Assembly (NCBI GenBank): GCA_013265495.1
Contig: MU057487.1
Span: 62,001-126,000 of the forward strand
Direction of reading: 5' to 3'
DNA: 64,000 nucleotides
DNA from: Vicugna vicugna
Taxonomy: Eukaryota
The position numbers and the translations under genes are program-made. The notes beneath the pieces are model-generated. The model was given only the letters and a program-made list of their open reading frames with translations, was not told where the DNA came from and ran no database searches. Below, piece by piece: positions 14,231-26,669 of this stretch (positions within the stretch are counted from its first letter, which is position 1; every line of letters begins with the position of its first letter).

Positions 14231-16989
14231 TTACTCTTCTCTTCCAGTCCTTTAAGTCTGTTTGAAAAACTGTTCACTGGATTTGCAAAACAGGTAACCC
14301 CCTAAAATATGCTCAGATTGTTTTAACCACAGCTTTGTTCAGACCTACATGTTCCAAAGATAAGACTACTGATTTTTTTTCCAGCAATTTACCTAGCTTA
14401 CAAAGTCTGACCAATCTCTTCCCAAACCATGCGAACTTCTCCCTAAAATCAACACTAATTGAAACTCCCAAATCTTGTCATTTTGAATTGTTCTCAAGGG
14501 AAATTTCTCTAGTTGTCTATTTTTATAAAATAACTCATTAATGCAAATACAAGACTTGACTTTTATTAATTTCTTCTTGTTGGTTTATTCCTGTCTTTGA
14601 GACTTCATATGTTGAATACTGCTTCTCTCAAATTAAACAGAAACTACTTCTCATGGTTTTCTCTCAATAGGAAATTGGACAAGCATGCTTCCTAAATTAC
14701 TCATAAAAAGATCTGGCAGGAAAGGACCTATTATAAAGTGACTTGTGAAATGCCTCATGTTCCCACTGGTTTATTAATCAGAACACCTTAGTTTCAGTTG
14801 TTCAACTTACAATGGATCCACCAAACTAATCTATTAGCCAGCCAGTCACTTTCTAATTTGTGGACAAAGAAATGGTGAGATTTTTCTAAAATCCTTAACT
14901 AAGATACTCTGTTCCTCCATTTTTACCCCTTGCACAAATGAGGATTGATATTTCATGAGGTAAAACTTCTAAAGCAATTTTTAAATCTATTTAAAATATG
15001 TAATGATGAAATACCATCAATGGTACTAATGAAATACCATTAGTAAGTCCTTTGGAGTATCACTAAAAAGCTACAGATTATCTTCCACAAAAAGTTTTTC
15101 AAATGTTCATACACAGTGAAACAGCTTATCATTATCCTGTATATTAGAAGAGAGGAAATGTGGTTCCTAATTATGACCATAAGAAAAAGAGATGAAATTG
15201 TCATTAACATATCAACTTACATTTAGACATCTATCTTTTTTAACATTTTTTTCTCCTTGAAAACAACAAAAACGTATTTGACACAAAACAATTAAAATTT
15301 TCTTTCAAATGTCAGCCATCAAAAAAATAATAATTTCTCTAGCAACATCATTTTATAAGCAACTTTTCAATAATCTAATTTTCCAAGCAGCTACCTTCTC
15401 TTGTATAGAATCCAGTGATTACTGCAGTTTTAAAACTGCATTGATGGTCTCCTTACAAGTGAAAACTAGCAATCCACTATGTTGCTAAAGAATCTTGATT
15501 TTTTTTTTTCTTGCTACAGGGAACACTAGTAGACCTGGACCACCACTTATATGGAAGCCTTAATATCAACAGAAGTCAAGGAGGAAAAACTTATCAAGCT
15601 TTATAAGTATACTTTTCTTGTTCAACTCACCCTGTAGAATTAATTTTCTAAGAGTATGACACAAAGTAAACTGATATGGAACCATAATGAAGTGTTTCAC
15701 AAACATGTCACAGACATCAAAGGATTCAGCATAACAACTTTATCATCTTATGATACATAGGATAAAATAAGCACGTGGCATTATCAGTCAAAAATGACTA
15801 CACGAGTTTATTTGAAAAAATAAGTTGTTAAAGCATTTATAAAAAAAAGCCAATGACAAGATATTTGTAGGTGACTTCTTAACTGATTTTACTTGCCTAC
15901 ATCGAAGTAATTTACCTACATCTCAGCAAAATTAAGCTATCTAACACTTCTTCCCGAAAGAATCTACAGTTCTGTATAAATTGCTAGGTCTTAGTGATTG
16001 TCCTCACATTTATGTCATTAAATCATTTTTAAACGAATGGTAACAGTTTCCCAGAATTGTTTTGGGAGATAGGGAGTGCCTGGGAAGGGAAAGGGGAAAG
16101 ATAAGGTTGTAAGAAAATGAGATGGTGATTAAATTCTTTTCTATGAGATTATATACAAACCCTAATATTATAGTGGCGTGCAAGTGAAATACTGCCATCC
16201 AGTGGAATTAAAGTATAATGAAAGACTTCAAATCTGAAAAGATTACAAGACTTTCATACCACTTTTCAATTGGAATAACAGAGCTTAACAGTTTTCAAAA
16301 TACTTTAAAATATATTATTCCCCCCACCGAGAAAAAAAAATCCAGTGGGACAGAGGCAGACATGTGAGCACAACTTTTCCTGCATCTGAGGATCTAGCAG
16401 ATGACATGACTGGACAGAGTCCTTGGCTTCTCTATCAGCAAAGCAAGCACTGGAGCCCAAGGCTGCCGGCTCCCTGGCCAGTGCTGCTGACACCACACAG
16501 CCCCTCCTTTAGAGCCTCTGACATTTCTACCCTTGTCTGAACCCTGTATTTTCTAGGGAAAAAAAAGTGAGACTCGGAGATCATCAGGGCTTCTCAAACA
16601 TTTCCAAGGGGTCTCAGAAAACGATTAAAGCAGTACCCTGCTGTCATGAAAATTCTTGTACTTTTCCTTTTAAAATTCCTGTGAGATTTGTGTTCTATTC
16701 CATATCATATACATGTCTGTTTTAATTAGAAAATAATAGAATTTTTTTTTCCTCAAATGTTTTTTAGAAAAATTATTGCTTTGAGACAATGGTGTATGTC
16801 TTTCCTGGGCTACAGATTCACTAGCCCAGGACCACAGCAAAGATGGAAAGACAGAGAGTATGACTATGCTAGTTTGAGACACCTAGAAAGTGCCTTGTTC
16901 AAATTCATTCAATCATCAAGTATTTAATGAACACCTGCCAAATGTCAGGCATTGTTTCAGATCCTGGGGACATACAGTGATAACAACTC

Positions 16990-17330
16990 CAAGTTATCAG
17001 TGGCATAGCAGAGCAAAGGTTTACTTCTCTCCCGTGCTAGAGCTCATTGTAGATCAGCTAAGTAAGGGTTCTTTTTCACTTTGTCATCATCTTCATGTGG
17101 GACCATAAGACAAAGCAATCACTTTTTGAAACATCAACTGTAACAACCTCTTGCTGGAGAGAAAAGAGTGAGGCAAAGTAACAGGAAGTGACACACATCA
17201 TTTCCTCTTATGTTTTATTGACCAAAGCAAGTCACATGACAAAGAGACACTTCAACGGGACAAAGAAGAATAATCCTCCCATGGGGAGAGGACATAGATA
17301 TTGGTTAAAAAAAAAAATCATCTGCCACAC
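16990..17330 (-). mobile_element. Old MLT1-type (J/K-like) LTR fragment
   Basis: aaaggtttacttctctc...attgaccaaagcaagtcacatg motifs. Confidence 0.55.
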
Positions 17331-18798
17331 CCCAGCTTTTACAACTACACTGAGAAAAGGGGGCTCTGGGTAACACAGAGGAAAGAGATCAGATCTGTCA
17401 ACATGTGGATGGGAACTCAAGCAATTTAACTTAAATATCAAAAGGAAGGATTCTCACAGAAAGCTAGAGACTTGGAATATTTATGCTTCAGATATGTGAG
17501 ATATAGATGAGAATGTATTAAACAAGTAGAAAGAGAAAAGGTATTTAGAATGTTTGTGAGTATGAATTATGTCTCAGCTTTAGACTCAGCATTTTATCAG
17601 TACAGACTCATAGAAGCTGCCTGTGTTCAGTGAAGGATATCACATCTCATCAGAAGCAACAGGGCAGGGTTTCTTAATGTGCATATACACCAAACTATAG
17701 CCAGGTGGGTGGGGGTATCAGAGCCAGATGTGTGCAAACTGAATCTAGCATCAACACTTAACAATTGCCTAGTTCACATATATGTAAAACCCACAACCAG
17801 TTGAATAGGGGCAACAGAGCCAGTATTTGCACTAACTGTATATATAACCAAAATACATGAGTTCCCTAAACTGCACGCTATTTTCCTTGCTCAATAACAC
17901 GTACTCTAGCAGGAGGGCTGCATATGTGCTTCCCTCTGCTAATGTCAGAAGGTTAGGTCTCCGACCAGAAGCTCTAAAATGAAAGCCTTCATACTGATCT
18001 AATCAATGCTGATGACCTAGCCAGCTGCCAGAGAAAAAGGAAGCAACCTTACCTACAATGTCACCAGTGGACTGTGGCAGACACCCCCTAGAGAGTAAGA
18101 TACTAATTTCCTGTATCCCTAATCCAAAGTATGTATATTACATGCATCTGTGAGTGTTGTGCATTAATCAGAAGGTTTTGTTTAGATAGATTCAATAATT
18201 TTATATTATATAATCATTTGCTGTATATAAGAATTGTATAATAAATATAAATTATTTGAAAAGGCTATCTCTGACTTTTCATATTACCCCACCAAAGCCA
18301 ATGGAATAATGCAGCATGGTTGGTCACAGATCTAAGACTGCCATAGTTTTGACAGATATCCAGGAAAAGGGTACAGCACTAACAAAGAGTTGCATGAAAT
18401 ACTGGGGAAAAATAAGAGTCTAGGTAGCTGAAACAGATTGTTTTTAGGAAGTGGCAGGAAAAGTGCCGGCAAAACTAATTTTTTTTTTAAAAAAAAGAGT
18501 AAGTAACTGCCAAAATATGAGGAACATAAAAGGTCATACTGAGAAGTTTAGACTTATTTTATATGAAATAAGAAATCATCACAGAATTTTTAATCACACA
18601 TGTGACATTATCCAATCCGTACTTTAGGAAGATAGCAGTGCAGCATAGAGAAGGAACAAATAGAGAAGGGACACAAATGAGTTAGAGCTGTAGAAGGCCA
18701 CTGAAATGCCAAGGCACCAAGCTACCGCAGAGGCAGTAAAATGAACATAAAAAAGGAGGAGGGTGTGGATTAAAATATTTCAACTGCAGAATCTCACA

Positions 18799-18950
18799 CA
18801 GTGGTCTCCCAAGCCAGTTGCTTATCAAAAGTACCTGGAGAAATTGTAAAATTCCTATTCCTTGGACAATCCCAAAATTATTAAATCAAAGTCTTCAAGG
18901 ATGTGGCCTAGGAAAATACCCCAGGGGCTCATGATGCAGGCAGCCCAGCC
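18799..18950. mobile_element. MER5-type hAT MITE inside an L2 remnant (about 18500-19330)
   Basis: cagtggtctcccaa terminus; acctggagaaattgtaaaa; ggatgtggcctagga. Confidence 0.6.
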
Positions 18951-19547
18951 TAAGGAGTTCTCATGTTTCCATATACTTGAATGACTAAACTATGGTGTCT
19001 TTAAATCAGGAATACAGAAAAAGCAGCTTTGCAAAGGTTGATCATGAGTTGAAGTTTGAATATATTGAATTTAAAGTACTTGCAGGGTATCCAGATGAAA
19101 AAATCTTATAAACAAAAGAATATATAAATCTGGAGCCCAGAAGAGGGATTAGAGCCAGAGCTGTATCATCATGGGATTATGGGATTGGAGGAGGTCCTCC
19201 AAAGAAAGAACATAGCTTAATATGAGACATGATCTGAGTAAAGAAGCTCAAAGAGCACTTATACTTAGCAGCAGTGCACAGAAAGATGAACATAGTAATA
19301 TTAGGGTTGGCCAAGGAAGGATAAATGTACTGAACAGATAATCCCATTAAATCAGCATTAAACTATATTGCCTTACTTGTTTACAACAAAGTAAAGCACT
19401 ATACAAAACCAATTCATGCATTTCAATGTAAAAGCTTCAATGTTCAGCCCAAGTTAGGTTTATCAGCAGCCTATCCTACTGTTACTTATTACCCATCCAA
19501 AGATCTGCATCAGTGTCACCTGAGGTGAAATTTTAAAATACATGGGC

Positions 19548-22500
19548 TCAATGACTCAACATCTTAAAAGCAAATAGCCCAATTAAAATGAATAGAAAGA
19601 TGTGAAGAGACATTTCTCTAAGAAGATACACACACTTACATATATCTTCTGATTGACATATGGCCAATAAGCATATGAGAAGATGCTCAACATCATCGGC
19701 CATTAAGGAAGTGCAAATCAAAACCACAATGAAATGCCACTTCACACCCCCTGTGATAGTTAAAATAAAAAATACAGACAATAACAAGTGTTGTCAAGGG
19801 TGTGGAGAAACGGAAACTCTCATACACTGTTGGTGGGAATGTTAAAATGCTGCAACATTTGCAAAACAGTTTGGCAGTTCCTCAAAAGTTAAACAGTAGA
19901 GTTACCATATGATTCAGCAATTCCACTTCTGGGTAGATACTCAAAAAAAGTAAAAAACACACCACAGAATATAAGAGGCTACTAAGAGCAACTATATGCC
20001 AACAAAAAGGACAACCTAGAAGAAATGGACAATTTCTTAGAAAGGTACAGTTTGCCAAGACTGAACCAAGAAGAAATAGACAATATTAATAGACCAATTT
20101 CCAGTACTGAGATTGAATCAGTAATTTAAAAACTCCCAACAAACAAAAGTCTAGGACCAGATGGCTTCACAGGTGAATTCTATCAAACATTTAGAGACGA
20201 GTTAACACCTATCCCTCTGAAACTATTTCAAAAATTGCAAAGGAAGGAACATTTTGGAACTCATTCTATGAGGCCACGGTCACCCTGATACTAAAACCAG
20301 ACAAAGATATCACAAAAAGAGAAAATTACAGGTCCATATCACTTATGAATATAGATGCAAAAATCCTCAACAAATTACTAGCAAATAGACTCTAACAATG
20401 CATTTAAAGGATCATACACCATGATCAAGTGGGATTTGTCCCAGGGATGCAAGGATTTTTCAATATCTACAAATCAATCAATGTGATACACCACATTAAC
20501 AAACTGAAGAATAAAAACTATATGGTCACCTCAGTAGATGCAGGAAAAGCTTTTGATAAAATTCAATATCCATTTATGATCAAAACTCTTTAGAAAATTG
20601 GCACAGAGGGAACATATCTCAACCTAATAAAGGCTATATACATCAAGCCCACAGCTAAATTCATACTCAGTGGTGAAAAGCTGAAAGCATTTCCTCTAAG
20701 ATCAGGAATAAGACAAGGATGCCCATTCTCGCCACTTTTGTTCAACATAGTTTTGGAAGTCCTAGCCACAGCAATTAGAGAAGAAAAAGAAATAAAAAGA
20801 ATCTAAATTGGAAAAGAAGTAAAACTGTCACTGCTTGCAGATAACATGATACTATACATAGAAAATCTTAAAGATGCTACCAGAAAACTACTAGAGCTCA
20901 TCAATGAATTCAGTAAAGCTGCAGGATACAAAATTAATATACAGAAATCAGTTGCATTTCTATACACTAACAATGAAATACCAGAAAAAGAAATTAAGAA
21001 AACAATCTCATTTACCATCACATCAAAAAGAATAAAATACCTAGGAATAAACCTACCTAAGAAAGCAAAGGACCTGTACTCCAAAAACTATAAGACAGTA
21101 TTGAAAGAAACTGAAGATGATACAAACAGATGGAAAGATATACCATGTTCTTGGATTGGAAGAATCAACATTGTTAAAATGATCATACTACCCAAGGCAA
21201 TACACAGATTTAATGCCATCTTTATCAAATTACCAATGACATTTTTCAAAAAACTGAAATAAAAAATTTTTAATTCATATGGAAACACAAAAAGACCCTG
21301 AATCGCCAAAGCAATCTTGAAAGAGAAGAACAGAGCTAAGGGAATCATGCTCCCTGACTTCAGACTATACTACAAAGCTACAGTAATCAAAATAGTATGG
21401 TACTGGCACAAAAACAGATACATAGATCAATGGAACAGGATAGAAAGCCCAGAAATAAGTCCACACACATATGGTTAGTTAATCTATGACAAAGGAGGTA
21501 AGAATATATAATGGAGAAAAGACAGTCTCTTCAATAAGTGGTGCTGAGAAAACTGGGCAGCTACATGGAAAAGAATGAAATTAGAACATTCTTTAACACC
21601 ATATACAAAAATAAACTCAAAATGGATTAAAGACCTAAATGTAAGACTGGATACTACAAAACTCCTAGACGGAAACATAGGCATAACACTCCTTGACATT
21701 AATCGCAGTAGTATTTTTTTTAACCAGCTCTAAAAGTAATGGAAATAAAAGCAAAAATAAACAAATAGGACCTAATTAAACTTAAAAGTTTTTGTACGGC
21801 TTTGCATACCATCAACAAAATGAAAAGACAATCTACAGAATGGGAGTAAATATTTGCAAATGATGTGACCAACAAGGGATGACTAATTTCCAAAATAGAC
21901 AAACAGCTCATACAGCTTAAGATCAAAAAACAAACCAAAACAAAACAAAAAACAAAAAACCAAGCAACCCAGTCAAAAAATGGGCAGAAGACCTACATAG
22001 ACATTTCTCCAAAATGACATCCAGATGGCCAATGGGCACATGAAAAGATGCTCAGTTTTGCTGATTATTAGAGAAATGCAAATCAAAATTATAATGAGGT
22101 ATCACTTCACACCAGAGTGGCCATCATTAAAAAGTCTACAAATAAATGCTGGAGAGGTTGTGGAGAAAAAGGGACCTTCCTACACTGTTGGTGGTAATGT
22201 AATTTGGTGCAGTCACTGTGAAGAACAGTATGGAAACTCCATAAAAAACTAAAAATAGACTTACTATATGATCCAGCAATCCCACTCCTGGGCACATATC
22301 TGGAGAAAACTGTAATTCAAAAAGACACATGCACCCAAGTGTTCATAGCAGCACTATTTACAATAGCCAAGACAGGGAAGCAACCTAAATGTCCATTGAC
22401 AGATGACTGGATAAAGAAGATGTGGTATAAATATACAATGGAATATTACTCAGCCATAAAAAAGAACGAAATAATGCCATTCACAGCAACATGAATGGAC

Positions 22501-23350
22501 CTAGGGATTATCATATTAAGTTAGTCAGACAGAGGAAGACAAATATCATATGATGTTACCTATAGTGAAATCTAAAAAAAAAAAATTTTTATTTACAAGC
22601 CAGAAACATGGACATAGAGAACAAACTGTGGTTACCAGGGGAGAAAAGGAGGGGGGGGAGGATGGATTAGGAGTTTGGGATTAACAGATACACATTATTA
22701 TATATAAAATAAACAACAGGACCTACCATATAGCACAGGGAACAATATTCAATTTCTTGTAAGGAGATGTAATGCTAAAGAAACTGAAAATATACATGTA
22801 TGTATGTATATGTATATGTATAACTGAACTACTTTGCTGTACACCTGAAAGTAACGTTTTTAATCGACTATACTTCAATTAAAAATGAGTTAAAAAAAAA
22901 GTAAAAACATATATCCACACAAAAACTTGTGCACAAATATTCACAGTAGCATTATTCAAAAAGTGAAAATAACCCATCTATCATATGGGATGATAAATGA
23001 ATAAACAAAATGTGGTACATCCATACAATGAAATATTACTCAGCAATAAAACTGAATGAAGTTCTGAAACACGTTACAATGTCTAAACCTTTGAAAACAT
23101 TATGCTAAGTGAAAGAAGTTGGTTGCACAGGGCCACATATTATATGGTTCCATTTATATGAAATACCCAGAATAGGCAAATCCATGGAGAAAGAAAATAC
23201 CTGAGTGTTTGGCAGAGGAAGTGGGTGGGAGGATGGAACTGATTAGTAATGGGTACAGGGTTTGTTTTCGGAGCAGTGAAAATATTGGAGAATTGGTGTT
23301 GATGGTTACACAACTTTGTAAATATGCTAAAAACCACTGAATTGCACACA
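19548..23350 (+). mobile_element. Old L1 (L1MB-type) ORF2 C-terminus and 3'UTR, in two pieces (19548-19959 and 22901-23350)
   Basis: ORF 19660-19845 (MANKHMRRCSTSSAIKEVQIKTTM...HCWWEC) is L1 ORF2 C-terminal sequence. It resumes seamlessly at aaacatatatccacacaaaaacttgt. Confidence 0.85.
19960..22900 (+). mobile_element. Younger 5'-truncated L1 (about 2.9 kb): decayed ORF2 RT, 3'UTR and poly(A)
   Basis: RT motifs [17 protein letters not shown] and LADNMILY (20834-; consensus FADD is mutated). ORF 20846-21262 is clearly ORF2p. TSD about AAAAAAAGTAAAAA(A)CA. Confidence 0.97.
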
Positions 23351-25714
23351 ATATTAATAGACCAATTTCATCCTTGGAGATTCTGTTAAGTCTGTGACTG
23401 ACCCAAGAATCTGTATGTTGAAAAAGCTCCCCTGGTGATCCTAATACTTAATCAGGTTGAGAAACACTGGTGAATGTGTATTATTCCCAGAGCGTTACTT
23501 GAGTTCCATTTGAAGAAAAAGAAAAGACGCCAACAGAGATGGCTGAAAGTGAGCAGCGCAGGAAGAAAGGCTATCTCTGCCCAAGTCCTCTAGGTTCCAA
23601 GAAGAAAGCCCTACTCAGCATCCCACAGTGGCCTCCTGAGACCCCAGTCCACCCTCCCACCTGCTGTCCCTACAGCACCTCCCTCAGGGTTCCTTCACCC
23701 AGAAAACTGGCACTCCTACAGCTCACCCCTTATTCCAGGACTCCCGGCGAGCCTCTCCACAAAAGGCTGAAAGGCTTACATGCCTTTGAGCCCTCAGATT
23801 TGGGTGTTTTCCTTCTCACTTTAGTAAAACAATGATTCTCATTCATGGAGGATAAAGTCAGAGCCAGTTGGATGCACATTAGGCACATGTTTTAAAGTAA
23901 CTTTGTTTTTATTTCCATAATTACAGAAAAAATAAATGAGGGATGGTCCAATTCTTCTTTAAATACTTAGTCCAAAATACTACCCCTTCTGTAAAGACTT
24001 TCCTAACCCCTCCCCCCTTCCTGAATTCCCACTAGGATGGGCTTCCTCCACTACACTGCATGTTGAGTCTTAGATCGCTGTTACAGTCCCCACTTGACTA
24101 TAACCTTTTTTCCCCTCAGCTAGAATATGTCTCCTAAACACAAGACCTGTGAATTTTTCGTCTTTGTTTCCCAACACCTAACACAATTCCTGGTGGATAA
24201 CTGAGCCTCAAACCTATTTGTTAAATAAGTTGAATAAATAAATAAAATACCAATTCTGATTTGTTAGGGCTTTTTCTTTCTTAATTGAGGGAGAGAAAGT
24301 AACAGAGATCCTTTCTCAAAGGCTAATACCAAAATAAGGTTTTAAATAATATTAAAATTTGAGGTTTAATGATAATAGTACATTTTTATTTCCATGGCAC
24401 TTATTCCCTTTGTAATAGCATACTACGTAGAAGAGTTACTTTTTTTTAAGTTTGATTTGGATTATGTCTCTCTACACTGCTCACATCTAATCAGATTGAT
24501 CCACTAACAAATTCTAAGTACCCCTCTCTGAGAAATAATAAAACCTCTTCAACCACAATCAAAAGATAATGTTACCAAGTGACAGTTTCAGATTCAAATT
24601 TCTAAACAGATTAAGTAAAGACAGAAGTCTGTGCAAAAAAGTATACACAACTCAAGGGTAAAGAACTTCTTTAATAAACATTTTTACGGGATATTCCTTT
24701 GTTGTAAATAAAATGTGAAATGTCACCAAAAAAAAAAAAAAACCACAAAAAAATCCACATCAATAAGCCAATGACAAAATCTTGTCAATGTTTTTAGTAC
24801 AAAATATTTATCACTTCCATTTACAAAGAATATTCATATATATTAACTCAATTCTTCCTCATAATTATTCTGAACTAGTAAGTGTTAAATACTTTAAACC
24901 AAGGTCTTTTACACAACATTCAGAATTGCACAACCTCAGAATTCAACAGGTGATATATAGAATAGTTCTGAATCTAAGATCATGGAAATAATAGTATAAC
25001 TCCCAAATATACAGTTTCCTGTGTACAGGAGTCCAAATTACTCCAGCTCTGGATAACAACTGTCACTCATCAAACAAATTTTTAGTGACTGCACTCAATA
25101 AAGATGGTAATAAACTGGTAATTTATGGCAAAAGACATGAATGTAAATGTTACGCTAACTTTTCCCAAAGGTACAAATAGTTAATAAAATTTACAAATAT
25201 ACAAAAATTTTGGCAATAACAGATCAAATGATGATTTGTTATTTTGCACAGAAATAGAGCCTTTTACAACTAAACTGAGAAAGGAAATGATTTCAAAGTT
25301 ACCATTCCTTTGATGCTGTATGGTTTATTAGCTAAAATTCAGGATAAAGCTCTATGTTAATGTGACATTATGATTTAACATTTAAAAACATGAAGGTCAT
25401 AGAATTGAAAATGTTAAGTTCTCACTCTGTTGTATACTGACTGTTCTACAGACTTCAGCTAGCTGGCTCTGGCCTGTGATCCCACCATGAGAGCAGAAAA
25501 CTGAGAAAATATGCTGCATAATGAAACTCAAATTGATGATCATCTTGGAATAATAAAACATTTTAATGAGCTTACTGGTATGGAAGCAGTGGCACCAACT
25601 CTGGTACCAAGACAAAGAGCCATCTCTCTCGCCTAGTGACAAATGATAGCCTTCTTTAATCATTCAGAATGTAAAGAACAATTTGATAAATGAAGTGAAT
25701 ATTAGAAAAGATTT

Positions 25715-26122
25715 ACTATTGGTTGTGTCCCCTAAGAGTCATATGTTGAAGCCCTAATTAATCCTTAGCTCTTCAGAGTGAACTTACTTGAAGAGAGTAT
25801 CTCTACAGTAGCAATAAAGTTACAATAAGGGCACTGGGGTGTACTCCATTCCTGTATGATTGGTATCTTCATTAAAAGAGGACGTTAGGACAGAGAGACA
25901 CATAGAGAGAAGGAGATGTGAGAGACAGGGAGAAGACAACCGTCTACAAGCCAAGGAGAGAGGCCTAGAACTATCCTTCCCTCACAGACCTCAGAAGAAA
26001 CACATCCTGCTGACACTTTGATTTTGGACTTTGAGCCTCCAGAATTAGGAGACCATAAATTTCTGTTGCTTAAATCATCCAATCCATGGTACTCTGTTAC
26101 AGCAGCCCTAGTAAACTAATGC
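25715..26122 (+). mobile_element. MaLR MLT1 solo LTR
   Basis: atatgttgaagccctaat...ctacaagccaaggagagaggcc...ttgattttggactt...gttacagcagccctagtaaactaat. Confidence 0.9.
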
Positions 26123-26501
26123 CTTATCTTAAACACATAAAGTTGCAAGTTGATTTGCTTAATGTTCTTAAATTATAATAATAGATTATTTAAGGATTAG
26201 AAATGTTAATATGTCAATCTACTCTAACACAATCACTGTTGTGACACAGAAGGTAATATGAAATAAAGATAAATTACAGTTTGCAGAGAGGAATAAAAGC
26301 AGAGTAAAAAATAGTGATAATTAGAGTGCTGAATTTATGGCCACTAAAATCTAAGACTATGAAACCTAATTCAGAGTGTAATTGAGTGGAAACAAAATTT
26401 AATGCCACTTTATAATTAGAGAGCTAGGGATCTTCAGCAGGAAAGAAGATAGTACCAAAGAAAATATCCTAATTTTAACAAGAAAGATACAGGTTAGACT
26501 T

Positions 26502-26575
26502 GTGTGTGTGTGTGTGTGTGTGTGTCTCTATATATACACACATATACTTTTAAGTATATACACATATACATAAAA
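26502..26575. repeat. (TG)n microsatellite followed by a TA/CA-rich tract
   Basis: tgtgtgtgtgtgtgtgtgtgtgtgt followed by tatatacacacatatac. Confidence 0.9.
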
Positions 26576-26669
26576 AAATTAGACATAAATTAAACGACAA
26601 AATAAGGAATTGCTGTTTCACAAAATTTTTTAAAATGTGCTGTAAAAATGTCTACCTGCAAACTTTTAA

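Noticed and set aside
20846..21262. 138-aa RT-like ORF as a functional gene or active L1
   Set aside because: Fragment of a 5'-truncated L1 with many stops and frameshifts and a mutated catalytic motif (LADN).
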